In this document: positions 41,275-51,547 of the stretch, one piece after another
Layout of the letters: every line of letters starts with the position of its first letter
Position numbering within the stretch: the first letter of the stretch is position 1
Position numbers and translations under genes: made by a program
The notes under the pieces: generated by a model
The model's database searches: none
Seen by the model: only the letters and a program-made list of their open reading frames with translations
Told to the model about the DNA's origin: nothing
Source: an uncultured Candidatus Saccharibacteria bacterium
Lineage (GTDB): Bacteria > Patescibacteriota > Minisyncoccia > Phycocordibacterales > UBA918
DNA length: 64,000 bases
Assembly (NCBI GenBank): GCA_964402035.1
Contig: CAYOAM010000001.1
Location: forward strand, 243,558-307,557
Direction of reading: 5' to 3'

Positions 41275-42957
41275 ATGTTAGACCTGGCACCATACATTCA
41301 AATACAACACTGCTATAACCTCTTGTCTGAAGTTTCTTTAGAGTTGTTGCTGCTTGCGCATATTCCTACTGGAATGGTAGCAATCCTATTCAGTTTTTTT
41401 GTCGTATATAAGAATCGTACACAGGCAAGTTACGCACTTTTATTTGTATCTTTATTTTTTTTACTATGGAGCTTTCTTAATTTAAACACTTGGTTTGCGT
41501 TTCTTGGCGCAACCAACACAATGTTCACATGGTCACTGATTGATTTAATAAGCTTATTTTTTTTCATATTTACATATCGCTTTCTTTATACATTCATCAA
41601 CAATCACGGCATGCCTTTGTGGCAAATTTTGGTTGGATTTGGACTTATTCTGCCAACAGCGATAACAACCTTAACCGGAATAAATATCACCGACTTTGAT
41701 GCAAATACATGTGAAGCAATAGAGTCAAGTTGGATTGTATTGTACCCATATTTTGTGCAAGGAGTTACATTAATTGCAATAATTGTACTGGGTGTAAGTT
41801 CGTTTAAGAAAGAAACTGATAGGTCAAAAAAAGAACAGGTTATTTTGGCTGCGACAGGAGTATTTCTTTTTTTATTTTTCTTTTTTTCTGCTACGTTCAT
41901 AGTCACATTGCTAATAAATTACACTTCTGTTGCATCACCATATAACTATGCTATCTACGGACTTTTTGGAATGCCAGTCCTTTTGATGTTCTTGGGATAT
42001 CTTATTGTTAAATATAAAGCTTTCAATATTAAACTGATCGGGGCTGAGGCCCTTATTACGACCCTGGTTCTACTGGACGCATCTCAGGTATTCTTTTCCT
42101 CTTCTCGCACAGAATTTGTTGCCAACCTTATCACCATTCTCCTTATCATCCTGTTTGGATCGTTCCTCATACGTAGTGTAAAGAAGGAGATTGCCGCCAA
42201 GGAGCGGAATGAGCAGTTGGCGAAAGACTTGGCACATGCAAATGCGCGCTTGCGAGAGCTTGATAGACAAAAATCAGAATTTGTCTCAATTGCATCACAT
42301 CAATTGCGAAGTCCACTTGCAGCTATTCGTGGCTACGCGTCTATGATGCTCGAAGGTTCATACGGTAAACTACCAGAAAAGGTGCGGGGTATCGTAGAGC
42401 GCATTCAAGAATCGAGTGCATTTATGGCGCTCTCGATCGAAGATTTTTTGGATGTGTCACGTATTGAGCAGGGCCGCATGAAGTATGAATTCAGTGAAGT
42501 AAACTTGCATTCAGTAGCCGAGAAAGTAGTAGATGAATTGCGATCATCAGCACTCAAACGTGGACTTGTTCTTATGTTTAAATCCGATTGCAAAGGTAAC
42601 TGCATGGTAAAAGCGGATCACGGCAAAATTAGACAAATTATATACAATCTTATTGACAATGCTATCAAGTACACAAAAAAGGGAAGTATCAATGTCCTTG
42701 CTCACGATGATGTAGAGCAGCATACGTTTTTTATTACTATACAAGATACTGGCATTGGCATGTCGGAAGAGACTCGTAAGGCTATTTTCGAAAAGTTTGT
42801 CCGTGCAAAGAATGCGAACAGCGTAAACGTGCAAGGGACGGGACTTGGCTTGTATGTAGCAAAACAGATGATTGAGGCAATGGGAGGCAAAATAACTCCT
42901 CGATCCGAAGGCGAAGGAAAGGGGTCTTCATTCACGATTGAGTTGCCGCTTATCTAG
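41275..42957 (+). CDS. sensor histidine kinase with multi-TM N-terminal sensor domain (orphan, no adjacent response regulator)
   Basis: About 7 TM helices, then a coiled coil. H-box HQLRSPLAAIRGYASMM. HATPase_c N-box NLIDNAIKYT and G-box GTGLGLYVAKQ. Confidence 0.8.
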   Translation: MLDLAPYIQIQHCYNLLSEVSLELLLLAHIPTGMVAILFSFFVVYKNRTQASYALLFVSLFFLLWSFLNLNTWFAFLGATNTMFTWSLIDLISLFFFIFTYRFLYTFINNHGMPLWQILVGFGLILPTAITTLTGINITDFDANTCEAIESSWIVLYPYFVQGVTLIAIIVLGVSSFKKETDRSKKEQVILAATGVFLFLFFFFSATFIVTLLINYTSVASPYNYAIYGLFGMPVLLMFLGYLIVKYKAFNIKLIGAEALITTLVLLDASQVFFSSSRTEFVANLITILLIILFGSFLIRSVKKEIAAKERNEQLAKDLAHANARLRELDRQKSEFVSIASHQLRSPLAAIRGYASMMLEGSYGKLPEKVRGIVERIQESSAFMALSIEDFLDVSRIEQGRMKYEFSEVNLHSVAEKVVDELRSSALKRGLVLMFKSDCKGNCMVKADHGKIRQIIYNLIDNAIKYTKKGSINVLAHDDVEQHTFFITIQDTGIGMSEETRKAIFEKFVRAKNANSVNVQGTGLGLYVAKQMIEAMGGKITPRSEGEGKGSSFTIELPLI

Positions 42958-43002
42958 GCTTTATGTTCAGGTAGCGTGATCTCTGCTACTATGTAGCACT
43001 TA

Positions 43003-44439
43003 GTGTGTATGAAAATATCAACGACCAAACAACCCATCGCCGAGCTACCGGCTACGTATACCCGTATAACTTTTAATGAGAAAAGTGTGCCCACGTTGCT
43101 GCTCGAGCAAGGGATCCAAAGTCTTACCGTCGAGCGAAAAAAAGAAATAAACGTGGATGCTCGTGCATTTAGAAGTATGATTCGAGCAGCCATACGTGGA
43201 GCTAAATCGTTTAAAATTGAACGAATTGCACTATCTATTGATGATCTACTACTTGCACCTCTCATAGAGTCATACTCTCGTGCGCAAGTACTTGAAATGG
43301 CAGTCGAGAATGCCATCATTGCCGAATATGAATTTGACCGATACAAGAAGAATAAACCAGCCCGTATTGTCGAATTGCGACTCTGTGGCGTCATGCAAGG
43401 TGAAGAACGGGCAATAAAAAAGGCAGAAATTATTGGCGCATATGTAAATCATGCTCGAGATCTTTCGAATACACCCGGAGGAGACATGACGCCCGCCGTG
43501 CTCGCAAGCGCTGCAAAAGCACTCGTTAAAGGAACAAGTGTTTCGTGCACAATTTTAAATAAAAAGGCCATTGAAAAGGAAAAGATGGGTGCCATTTTGG
43601 GCGTATCGCGCGGATCTGTTGAGGAGCCACGTTTTATAGTCCTTGAGTACTGGGGAGCAGGGAAACCAAAGAAAGGAAAGTTGGGGAGCTCTCGTGGTAA
43701 ATCCAGCGATAAAGACAATCCCGTTGTATTTATCGGCAAGGGCATCACTTTTGACACCGGGGGACTCAATCTAAAACCTTCATCAGCAGTTCTTGATATG
43801 CATATGGATATGTCAGGGGGAGCAGCGGTCATCGCTGCTGTTACGGCGGCGGCGGCTTTAGGATTAAAAAAGAACATCATCGGCCTTATTCCTGCTGCAG
43901 AAAATATGGTGTCTGGAGAAAGCTATCGACCAGGAGATGTTTTGGTCACTATGTCGGGAACTACCGTCGACGTCCTCAACACCGATGCCGAAGGTCGATT
44001 GGTGCTAGCTGATGCGCTGACGTATGCACAACGCTATCAGCCACGTCTGGTCATTGATGTAGCAACACTCACGGGGGCGTCTCTTGTAGCACTTGGTACC
44101 CACGCTTCTGCTATTATGACGAAAGACAAAGATCTCCAAAACACACTACAAGAACTTGGTGAAAAAAGTGGTGACTACGTATGGCCACTACCGTTATGGA
44201 ATGAATACAAGCAGTACACAAAAGGAGTTTTTGGTGACATCGCAAATATACCTGCTCAAGGAGCACAGTATGGCGGTTGTATTAATGGCGGTATGTTTCT
44301 TGCGCACTTCGCAAAGGATTACCTTTGGGCGCATATCGATATGGCCCCACGAATGACTGCAGCACCGGGAGATCACCTCGCAAAAGGATCGACAGGAGAA
44401 CCTACGAGGCTATTACTCAGCATTGCTGCTCACTATTAA
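43003..44439 (+). CDS. pepA: leucyl aminopeptidase (M17)
   Basis: NTDAEGRLVLADALTYA M17 signature and DMHMDMSGGAAV metal-binding region. Confidence 0.9.
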   Translation: MCMKISTTKQPIAELPATYTRITFNEKSVPTLLLEQGIQSLTVERKKEINVDARAFRSMIRAAIRGAKSFKIERIALSIDDLLLAPLIESYSRAQVLEMAVENAIIAEYEFDRYKKNKPARIVELRLCGVMQGEERAIKKAEIIGAYVNHARDLSNTPGGDMTPAVLASAAKALVKGTSVSCTILNKKAIEKEKMGAILGVSRGSVEEPRFIVLEYWGAGKPKKGKLGSSRGKSSDKDNPVVFIGKGITFDTGGLNLKPSSAVLDMHMDMSGGAAVIAAVTAAAALGLKKNIIGLIPAAENMVSGESYRPGDVLVTMSGTTVDVLNTDAEGRLVLADALTYAQRYQPRLVIDVATLTGASLVALGTHASAIMTKDKDLQNTLQELGEKSGDYVWPLPLWNEYKQYTKGVFGDIANIPAQGAQYGGCINGGMFLAHFAKDYLWAHIDMAPRMTAAPGDHLAKGSTGEPTRLLLSIAAHY

Positions 44440-44465
44440 GGCAATCTGATATCATAGGAGTATCA

Positions 44466-45191
44466 ATGCCGCACACATTCAGCGTTAAAACCGAAGTATT
44501 TGAAGGCCCACTTGAGTTATTACTCGATCTTATAGAATCGAGAAAGCTTTTGATAAACGAAATCTCTCTTGCAGAGGTCACTGACGCGTACATAGCGCAC
44601 GTTCGACAGCTCCAAGAAGATCACACTACAGCCACAGCACAGTTTGTGTTAGTGGCGGCAACACTGCTCCTCATCAAGTCAAAATCACTACTTCCGATGC
44701 TTGAGCTCACTGAGGAAGAATCGTATAGCGTACATAGTCTCGAAGAGCGACTAAAACTGTATCAGCTCTATAGAAATGCAAGCAAACTTGTCAGTGAAAG
44801 CTTCAACAGATCACCCCTATTTGAAAAAATATACATACCCGACGAGACACCTGTTTTTAGTACAGATCAATACACAAAGCCAGCTGCGCTTCTTCAAGCC
44901 CTTCGGGACGTAATAGTACGTTTTCCTAAAAAAGTGTTTAAACCGCAAGTTTCGGTCAAAAAAGTCATGTCGCTTGAAGAAATGATCAAAAGCGTAGAAG
45001 ATAGAATAACTCGACAGTTTAAACTTTCATTCAGCGACCTGACACGGGCCCAAGAACGACCGCATATCATTATCAGTTTCCTCGCGGTACTCGAACTCGT
45101 AAAACAAGGCACGATATTGGTGCGCCAAGAAACACACTTAGATGACATTGCCATCGAACGCGGTGAAGTCGAAACGCCTCGATACGTCTAG
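44466..45191 (+). CDS. scpA: segregation and condensation protein A
   Basis: FEGPLELLLDLIESRKLLINEISLAEVTD is the ScpA N-terminus. AGGAG Shine-Dalgarno 6 nt upstream. Start at the internal Met, not the track start at 44325. Confidence 0.8.
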   Translation: MPHTFSVKTEVFEGPLELLLDLIESRKLLINEISLAEVTDAYIAHVRQLQEDHTTATAQFVLVAATLLLIKSKSLLPMLELTEEESYSVHSLEERLKLYQLYRNASKLVSESFNRSPLFEKIYIPDETPVFSTDQYTKPAALLQALRDVIVRFPKKVFKPQVSVKKVMSLEEMIKSVEDRITRQFKLSFSDLTRAQERPHIIISFLAVLELVKQGTILVRQETHLDDIAIERGEVETPRYV

Positions 45192-45269
45192 AATACCCAC
45201 ATACCTGTTCTACACAGCAATATACAGATAGTACTGCCTAAATAAGCCATATATTGCTATACTGTCCGT

Positions 45270-45830
45270 ATGAACCTCGAAGTCTTAATAGAGGGTGTTT
45301 TGTTTTATGTTTCAGAGCCTATTTCTATTGCTCGACTAGCAAAACTTCTTGAAGTAGAGGTGGGGGAGATAGATCAGGCGATAGTAATGCTCGAAGCTAG
45401 TCTTTCGGGGAGGGGTATAACACTCGTGCGAGAAAGCGACACCCTAGCGCTCATGACAGCGCCAGCTTTAAGTACCGTTATTGAGAAAATACGAAAAGAA
45501 GAACTACGACGTGATATCGGAAAGGCAGGCGCTGAGACGCTTGCTATTGTGGCATACAATACGAGTATTACACGAGCAGAGATTGATTTTATTCGCGGAG
45601 TAAATTCAACCTTTGTGTTGCGAAATTTACAGATGCGAGGACTCATTGAAAGAATTCAGAACCCACAAGATCAACGTTCCTATGCATACCGCCCGACCGT
45701 CGCACTGTACGCACACCTGGGCATTAGTAGAAAGGAAGACTTGCCTGAATTTGCCGAAATAACCGAAGCAATACAATCTTACACAGCCGAGCATACAAAA
45801 GACGATCTGAATCTTACGCAAACATCATGA
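45270..45830 (+). CDS. scpB: segregation and condensation protein B
   Basis: LEVLIEGVLFYVSEPISIARLAKLL and tandem winged-helix motifs typical of ScpB. Confidence 0.85.
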   Translation: MNLEVLIEGVLFYVSEPISIARLAKLLEVEVGEIDQAIVMLEASLSGRGITLVRESDTLALMTAPALSTVIEKIRKEELRRDIGKAGAETLAIVAYNTSITRAEIDFIRGVNSTFVLRNLQMRGLIERIQNPQDQRSYAYRPTVALYAHLGISRKEDLPEFAEITEAIQSYTAEHTKDDLNLTQTS

Positions 45831-46894
45831 ATGACGAATCTGTAGAAGTAGAACAAATTATTGAGACCACCACCGATGAAAAAGGAAGTGACGTTGCTTC
45901 TGATTTTCAGCCGGATGGAGTAAATCTAGATACAGCCTCACCGTTACCCACTATTGCACAGCTTGTGGTGGCGGTCGGGATACTATCGTTGGTACTTGCT
46001 ACTCCATATGCGGCTTCACTGTTCAAATTCAAAACCAAGACAGCACCGGTCACCGAGATGATTGTTGAAGAACCTGCGATTTCTGAAGCAATAAAAGAGG
46101 ATACAAACTATTTTGATAAGATGGCTGTTGGTGCTGAAGCAGTATATGTGTGGGATGTAAGCACCCAAAAGGCGCTGTATACAAAGAATTCACAGGCACA
46201 ACTACCGCTGGCATCACTCACAAAATTAATGACAGGTATTGTGGCGTATGAGACATACGGCGCAACAGCTATAGTACCCATAACACTTGCTGCCATCACC
46301 CAAGAAGGTGAAAATGGTTTCGCTGATGGTGATGCATGGGACGCAAAATCTCTTTTGGATTTTACACTTATGACTTCTTCAAACGATGGGGCATACGCGC
46401 TCGCTGCCGCAGCAGGGAAAGCGCTCAATCGTGCTACTAATGATCCAGAAAAGGTTTTCATTGACCGCATGAACGCAAAAGCAAAAGAGCTTGGTCTGAC
46501 GCAAACCTACTTTACAAATCCAACAGGACTCGATACATCGGAGGCAGAAAGTGGCAGCTACGGCTCCGCACGTGATGTAGCATTCCTCATGGAATATATC
46601 GTTCAGCATGCACCCGAAATATTGGAGACTACCGACGAGAAATCTTCTCGATTTACGGACAAAAAGGGTTCACTATTTACGGGCACCAACACAAATCAAG
46701 AGGTCGATAACTTTACCAATCTGCTGGGTTCAAAGACAGGGTATACCGTACTTGCAGGTGGAAACTTGGTCGTTTCTTTTGATGCTGGTCTCAATCATCC
46801 GATCGTGATTGTTGTTCTTGGGTCAAGTAGAGACGGCAGATTTAGCGATGTCGCAGAGCTCACAAAACGAACCCTACTAACAGTGGCTCAATAA
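45827..46894 (+). CDS. D-alanyl-D-alanine carboxypeptidase (S11, PBP5/6-like)
   Basis: SxxK (ASLTKLMT), SxN (TSSNDGA) and KTG (GSKTGYT) motifs. N-terminal anchor. Confidence 0.8.
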   Translation: MNDESVEVEQIIETTTDEKGSDVASDFQPDGVNLDTASPLPTIAQLVVAVGILSLVLATPYAASLFKFKTKTAPVTEMIVEEPAISEAIKEDTNYFDKMAVGAEAVYVWDVSTQKALYTKNSQAQLPLASLTKLMTGIVAYETYGATAIVPITLAAITQEGENGFADGDAWDAKSLLDFTLMTSSNDGAYALAAAAGKALNRATNDPEKVFIDRMNAKAKELGLTQTYFTNPTGLDTSEAESGSYGSARDVAFLMEYIVQHAPEILETTDEKSSRFTDKKGSLFTGTNTNQEVDNFTNLLGSKTGYTVLAGGNLVVSFDAGLNHPIVIVVLGSSRDGRFSDVAELTKRTLLTVAQ

Positions 46895-46898
46895 CACT

Positions 46899-47957
46899 AT
46901 GGTCATCGATATCGTCAAAATTTTCATTCCGACAACCGCTGCTTTTTTAGTTGGCATCGCAATAACACCGATTGTCACGCACTATCTTTATCATTATAAA
47001 GTTTGGAAAAAATCTCCTGGAAAAATTGCTCTCGATGGAAATGAAGCAATTGAATTCAACAAGATTCACAAGGAGAATGAAGGGAAAACTCCACGCATGG
47101 GTGGCATTGTTATTTGGGGCAGTGTCACGATTACCATCGTCGGTATGTGGGTACTCAGTATGTTTTTTCCCGACTCGATTATGCCGCAGCTCAATCTACT
47201 TACGAGATCACAAACATGGATACCGTTCGCAACACTGATCATTGGATCACTCGTAGGGTTGCTCAATGACCTATACGACATTACACACACGCAAAAAGGT
47301 CTGCGATTGCGTACCCGTCTATTTATTGTGACCATCGTAGCTGGAGCGGTTGCATATTGGTTCTATACTCGCCTTGGTGTCACATCCATTAGTATCCCAT
47401 TTGATGGCACACTCGATTTGGGAATATTTATAATACCGGCGTTCATACTCATATCGCTTGGACTATACGCAAGCGGTGTTATTGACGGCATTGATGGACT
47501 CTCAGGTGGTATATTTGCAACAATATTTACCGCCTATGCAGGCCTTGCTTTTTATCAGCAACAGATTGATCTTGCGGCTTTTTCAGGCACAGTTGCCGGA
47601 GGTATCCTTGCTTTTTTATGGTTCAACGTTCCGCCAGCGCGGTTCTGGATGACCGAAACAGGGACGATGGGCCTCACCATGACGTTGGCCGTTGTTGCAT
47701 TTACTTCAGACACATTGGGAGACGGCTACGGTCTATCGGTGTTACCGATCATCGGTCTACCATTGGTTCTGACTGTACTTTCCAATATTTTGCAAGTAAG
47801 CTACAAAAAAATCTTTCATAAGAAGTTATTTTTAGTTGCTCCGCTACATCACCATTTTGAGGCACTGGGATGGCCTGGCTACAAAGTAACTATGCGGTAC
47901 TGGATTTTTGGTATTGTCTCTGCGCTCGTCGGTCTCATTATTGCTATTAGTTCTTAA
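46899..47957 (+). CDS. mraY: phospho-N-acetylmuramoyl-pentapeptide transferase
   Basis: TPRMGGIVIW and GVIDGIDGLSGG motifs of MraY/GT4 polyprenyl-phosphate transferases. Multi-TM. Confidence 0.8.
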   Translation: MVIDIVKIFIPTTAAFLVGIAITPIVTHYLYHYKVWKKSPGKIALDGNEAIEFNKIHKENEGKTPRMGGIVIWGSVTITIVGMWVLSMFFPDSIMPQLNLLTRSQTWIPFATLIIGSLVGLLNDLYDITHTQKGLRLRTRLFIVTIVAGAVAYWFYTRLGVTSISIPFDGTLDLGIFIIPAFILISLGLYASGVIDGIDGLSGGIFATIFTAYAGLAFYQQQIDLAAFSGTVAGGILAFLWFNVPPARFWMTETGTMGLTMTLAVVAFTSDTLGDGYGLSVLPIIGLPLVLTVLSNILQVSYKKIFHKKLFLVAPLHHHFEALGWPGYKVTMRYWIFGIVSALVGLIIAISS

Positions 47958-47960
47958 TCC

Positions 47961-49082
47961 ATGCCAAAAACGATTGATAGGACCTTGCTCGCAATCGTAC
48001 TTGTTTTACTAATTGGTGGTTTTTTAATCTTTTCATCGGCTTCACTTGGACTTTTGGCCCGAGAAGGAGCGCGTTTTTCGTCTGTAGCAGTCAGTCAGCT
48101 TCTTTTTGGCATTGTCGGTGGCATTGTTGCACTCGCAGTGACCAGCACTGTGCACTATCGTATTTGGAGACAGTACGCGTTTTATTTTTTTATACTATCA
48201 ATTTTTTTTACACTATTAGTCTTTGTGCCCGGCATCAATTTTGTACACGGAGGAGCACATCGATGGATTGAAATCGGCTCATTTACCATGCAACCTGCAG
48301 AGATACTCAAGATCTCCTTTGTTATCTATATGGCTACATGGCTCTCTGGAATGCAAAAATTTATTAGCACATTCACGCGGGGGACATTACCATTTATTGG
48401 TTTTGTCGCTGTTGTCGGTGCAATCATGCTCGCGCAGCCCGATACAGATACATTTGCAATAATGGTGGTAGCTGCCGGCGCTATGTTTCTAACTGCGGGG
48501 GGACGTTGGAGAGACATACTTATTATTTTAATCTCAGGAGTGCTGGTATTAGGACTCCTGGCGTACAGTCGACCCTACGTGATGAATCGACTGACTACAT
48601 TTATGAACCCTGCAGCTGATCCTTTGGGTAAAGGATACCAGATTCAACAGTCACTCATTGCGGTCGGGTCCGGTGGTATTACTGGAAGAGGATTCGGTCA
48701 AAGTATCCAAAAATTTGAATATCTGCCCGAGCCAATCGGTGATTCAATATTTGCTGTATACGCTGAAGAATTTGGATTTATTGGTAGCACGCTATTAGTT
48801 TTGCTGTTTACATTCTTTGCATTTCGCGGATATAAAATAGCGTCAAACGCACCCGACCTATTTGGCACACTTTTGATTGTTGGATTCATTACACTTATTG
48901 CAACGCAGGCTTTCTTGAATATTGCAGCAATGCTTGCCATCGTACCGCTTTCAGGATTACCGCTCCCGTTTATAAGTCATGGAGGCACCGCACTCCTCGC
49001 AACACTTGCCGCAGTGGGGATCATCCTCAATGTCTCCAGGTACACGCATCCTAAAAAAGGTCCGAGTAGCATGGTAAAATAA
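47961..49082 (+). CDS. ftsW: SEDS-family peptidoglycan glycosyltransferase FtsW/RodA
   Basis: 10-TM SEDS topology with conserved loop motifs. Located between mraY and murG. Confidence 0.85.
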   Translation: MPKTIDRTLLAIVLVLLIGGFLIFSSASLGLLAREGARFSSVAVSQLLFGIVGGIVALAVTSTVHYRIWRQYAFYFFILSIFFTLLVFVPGINFVHGGAHRWIEIGSFTMQPAEILKISFVIYMATWLSGMQKFISTFTRGTLPFIGFVAVVGAIMLAQPDTDTFAIMVVAAGAMFLTAGGRWRDILIILISGVLVLGLLAYSRPYVMNRLTTFMNPAADPLGKGYQIQQSLIAVGSGGITGRGFGQSIQKFEYLPEPIGDSIFAVYAEEFGFIGSTLLVLLFTFFAFRGYKIASNAPDLFGTLLIVGFITLIATQAFLNIAAMLAIVPLSGLPLPFISHGGTALLATLAAVGIILNVSRYTHPKKGPSSMVK

Positions 49083-49086
49083 AAAT

Positions 49087-50196
49087 ATGCGCATAGTGTT
49101 TGTTGGAGGAGGTACCGGAGGTCATTTTTATCCTTTGATCGCTGTTGCGGAAGCACTTATTGCACGTGCCAAAGCCAACAACCACCTTGCTCCCGATTTG
49201 TTTTATATGGGACCTGACCCATACGACGCAGGCTCTCTGTTTACCTCTGGCATCACCTTTGTCTATTGCCCGGCAGGCAAAAGACGTCGCTATAGTTCAA
49301 TACAAAATTTCTTTGATGTCGGGAAAACGATCGCGGGAGTATGTGTTGCTTTGTGGCAACTTTTTGTACTGTATCCCGATGTCATCATGAGCAAGGGTGG
49401 ATACACCAGCGTACCCGTAGTCATTGCGGGCTGGTTGTTACGGATTCCCATAGTAATACACGAGTCAGATGCGGTGCCTGGCCGAGCAAATCTACTCGCT
49501 GCGCGATTTGCAAAATATATAGCAATTACCTATGACGATGCTGCACATTTTTTCCAAGAAGACAAAGTGGCATTAACAGGAATTCCCGTGAGAAAAGAGC
49601 TTCTCTCGACAGTAGACAGTAGTGCATTGCACACAAAGCCAGTGATTCTGGTACTCGGAGGTTCTCAAGGGGCTGAACGGATCAACGATCTAATTGTTTC
49701 AGCACTCGGAGACCTACTTCCGATATATGATATTGTCCATCAAGTTGGTACTACTAATATTTCAGTGGTAACGCAAACAGCAAAAGCACTGCTTCATAAT
49801 GAGGAGCTTCTAGCTGGGTATCACGTACAAGGATTTTTTGAAGCGTCCCAACTTCATATGTATGAATCTGCTGCCGTACTCATTATTTCACGTGCTGGCA
49901 GTGGATCAATTTATGAAATAGCGCTGCATGGAAAACCATCAATATTAATCCCGATACCAGAAGATATTAGTCATGATCAACGCAAAAATGCGTATGCGTA
50001 TGCCCGGACTGGAGCGGCAGAAGTCATTGAGGAGCGCAACCTGACACCACATTTGCTCGTTTCCGAAATTACCCGTATCATGAGCGCTCCACAAATATAT
50101 ACCACGATGTCTGAAGCCGCACTCAAATTTGGAACCCGTGACGCAGCAGAGCGCATAGCCGAAGCATTGACCTCAATCGCACTATCACACGAGTAA
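49087..50196 (+). CDS. murG: UDP-GlcNAc:lipid I N-acetylglucosaminyltransferase
   Basis: MRIVFVGGGTGGHFYPLIAVAEAL N-terminal G-loop and GT28 C-terminal domain. Confidence 0.85.
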   Translation: MRIVFVGGGTGGHFYPLIAVAEALIARAKANNHLAPDLFYMGPDPYDAGSLFTSGITFVYCPAGKRRRYSSIQNFFDVGKTIAGVCVALWQLFVLYPDVIMSKGGYTSVPVVIAGWLLRIPIVIHESDAVPGRANLLAARFAKYIAITYDDAAHFFQEDKVALTGIPVRKELLSTVDSSALHTKPVILVLGGSQGAERINDLIVSALGDLLPIYDIVHQVGTTNISVVTQTAKALLHNEELLAGYHVQGFFEASQLHMYESAAVLIISRAGSGSIYEIALHGKPSILIPIPEDISHDQRKNAYAYARTGAAEVIEERNLTPHLLVSEITRIMSAPQIYTTMSEAALKFGTRDAAERIAEALTSIALSHE

Positions 50197-50200
50197 TTTT

Positions 50201-51547
50201 ATGGAAAAAGTCATTACACGGATCGCACCAAGTCCCACAGGACACCTGCACATTGGTACCGCTCGAACGGCGCTCTACAATTACCTCTTTGCTAAGAAAC
50301 ACGGCGGCACTTTTATCGTGCGTTCAGAAGATACAGACAGAGCACGTAGCACAGCAGCATTTGAGAAGGAGATTCTTGATGGTTTAGCATGGCTTCAGAT
50401 CAATGCAGATGCTTTCTATAGACAGTCAGAGCGTGGACACATCTACCGATCATTTCTTGAAAAACTGATAGCAAATGACACGGCATATCTTTCAAAAGAA
50501 GAAAGCAAAAATACACCCGGTACCTTTGTTGAGGTTGTACGTCTCCGAAATAAAAACAAAATGCTAACATTTAGGGACGAAGTACGGGGTGATATAACAT
50601 TCGACACAACAGAATTGGGAGATTTTGTTATAGCGCGCTCACTTGATGACGCACTGTATCATTTTGCAGTCGTTGTTGATGATTTCGAGATGGGTGTCAC
50701 ACACGTGATACGAGGTGAGGATCACATATCAAACACCCCGCGACATATACTCATACAAGAGGCAATAGGCGCGCCACGACCGATCTATGCACACTTACCT
50801 CTCATACTGGCTCCAGATCGTTCAAAGCTGTCAAAACGACATGGTGCTGTAGCACTTTATGAATATCAAGCTCAAGGATTTTTACCGGAAGCTATCAACA
50901 ACTATCTGGCGCTTCTAGGTTGGAATCCGGGTACCGAACAAGAAATCTTCACGAGGAACGAATTAATTGAGGCATTCGACCTTAATAAAATTCAGAAAAG
51001 CGGAGCAATCTTTAATGTCGAAAAACTGCGCTGGTTTAATCATGAGTTTTTACAAAAGAAAGATGATTTATTCTTTATAAGTGCCCTAACAGACGGTATT
51101 CGACATGCAACACATAACCCAACTTATGACATAGCAGCGTACATGATCCCAAACGTTGCGCGCCTCGCTCGCGAGCGATGTGCGGTACTTTCTGATATCG
51201 CAACAGATATTGCGGCAGGGGAGTACGCATTTATGTACCAAACTCCAGACCCGACCGCTACATCTCTCAAATGGAAAAAAGACGCATCTCCACAAGATGC
51301 ACTGCCGCGACTCCAAGAAATTCAGCACCTACTTGAGGAAGCGCCTGAGTCCAATGACGCTACGGTGATTAAGACACTTCTCTTTCCATACGCTGAAAAA
51401 GTGGGGAAGGGGGAAGTTTTGTGGCCTTTGCGTATGGCACTATCCGGTCGTGAAAAATCGCCTGATCCTTTTAGTCTTATCGCAATACTTGGTAAAGCCG
51501 AGTCCATAGCGCGTATAAAAAAGGCGTGTGATATTATTAGTGGATGA
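50201..51547 (+). CDS. gltX: glutamate--tRNA ligase
   Basis: HIGH (PSPTGHLHIGTARTA) and KMSKS (KLSKRHG) motifs. Confidence 0.95.
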   Translation: MEKVITRIAPSPTGHLHIGTARTALYNYLFAKKHGGTFIVRSEDTDRARSTAAFEKEILDGLAWLQINADAFYRQSERGHIYRSFLEKLIANDTAYLSKEESKNTPGTFVEVVRLRNKNKMLTFRDEVRGDITFDTTELGDFVIARSLDDALYHFAVVVDDFEMGVTHVIRGEDHISNTPRHILIQEAIGAPRPIYAHLPLILAPDRSKLSKRHGAVALYEYQAQGFLPEAINNYLALLGWNPGTEQEIFTRNELIEAFDLNKIQKSGAIFNVEKLRWFNHEFLQKKDDLFFISALTDGIRHATHNPTYDIAAYMIPNVARLARERCAVLSDIATDIAAGEYAFMYQTPDPTATSLKWKKDASPQDALPRLQEIQHLLEEAPESNDATVIKTLLFPYAEKVGKGEVLWPLRMALSGREKSPDPFSLIAILGKAESIARIKKACDIISG

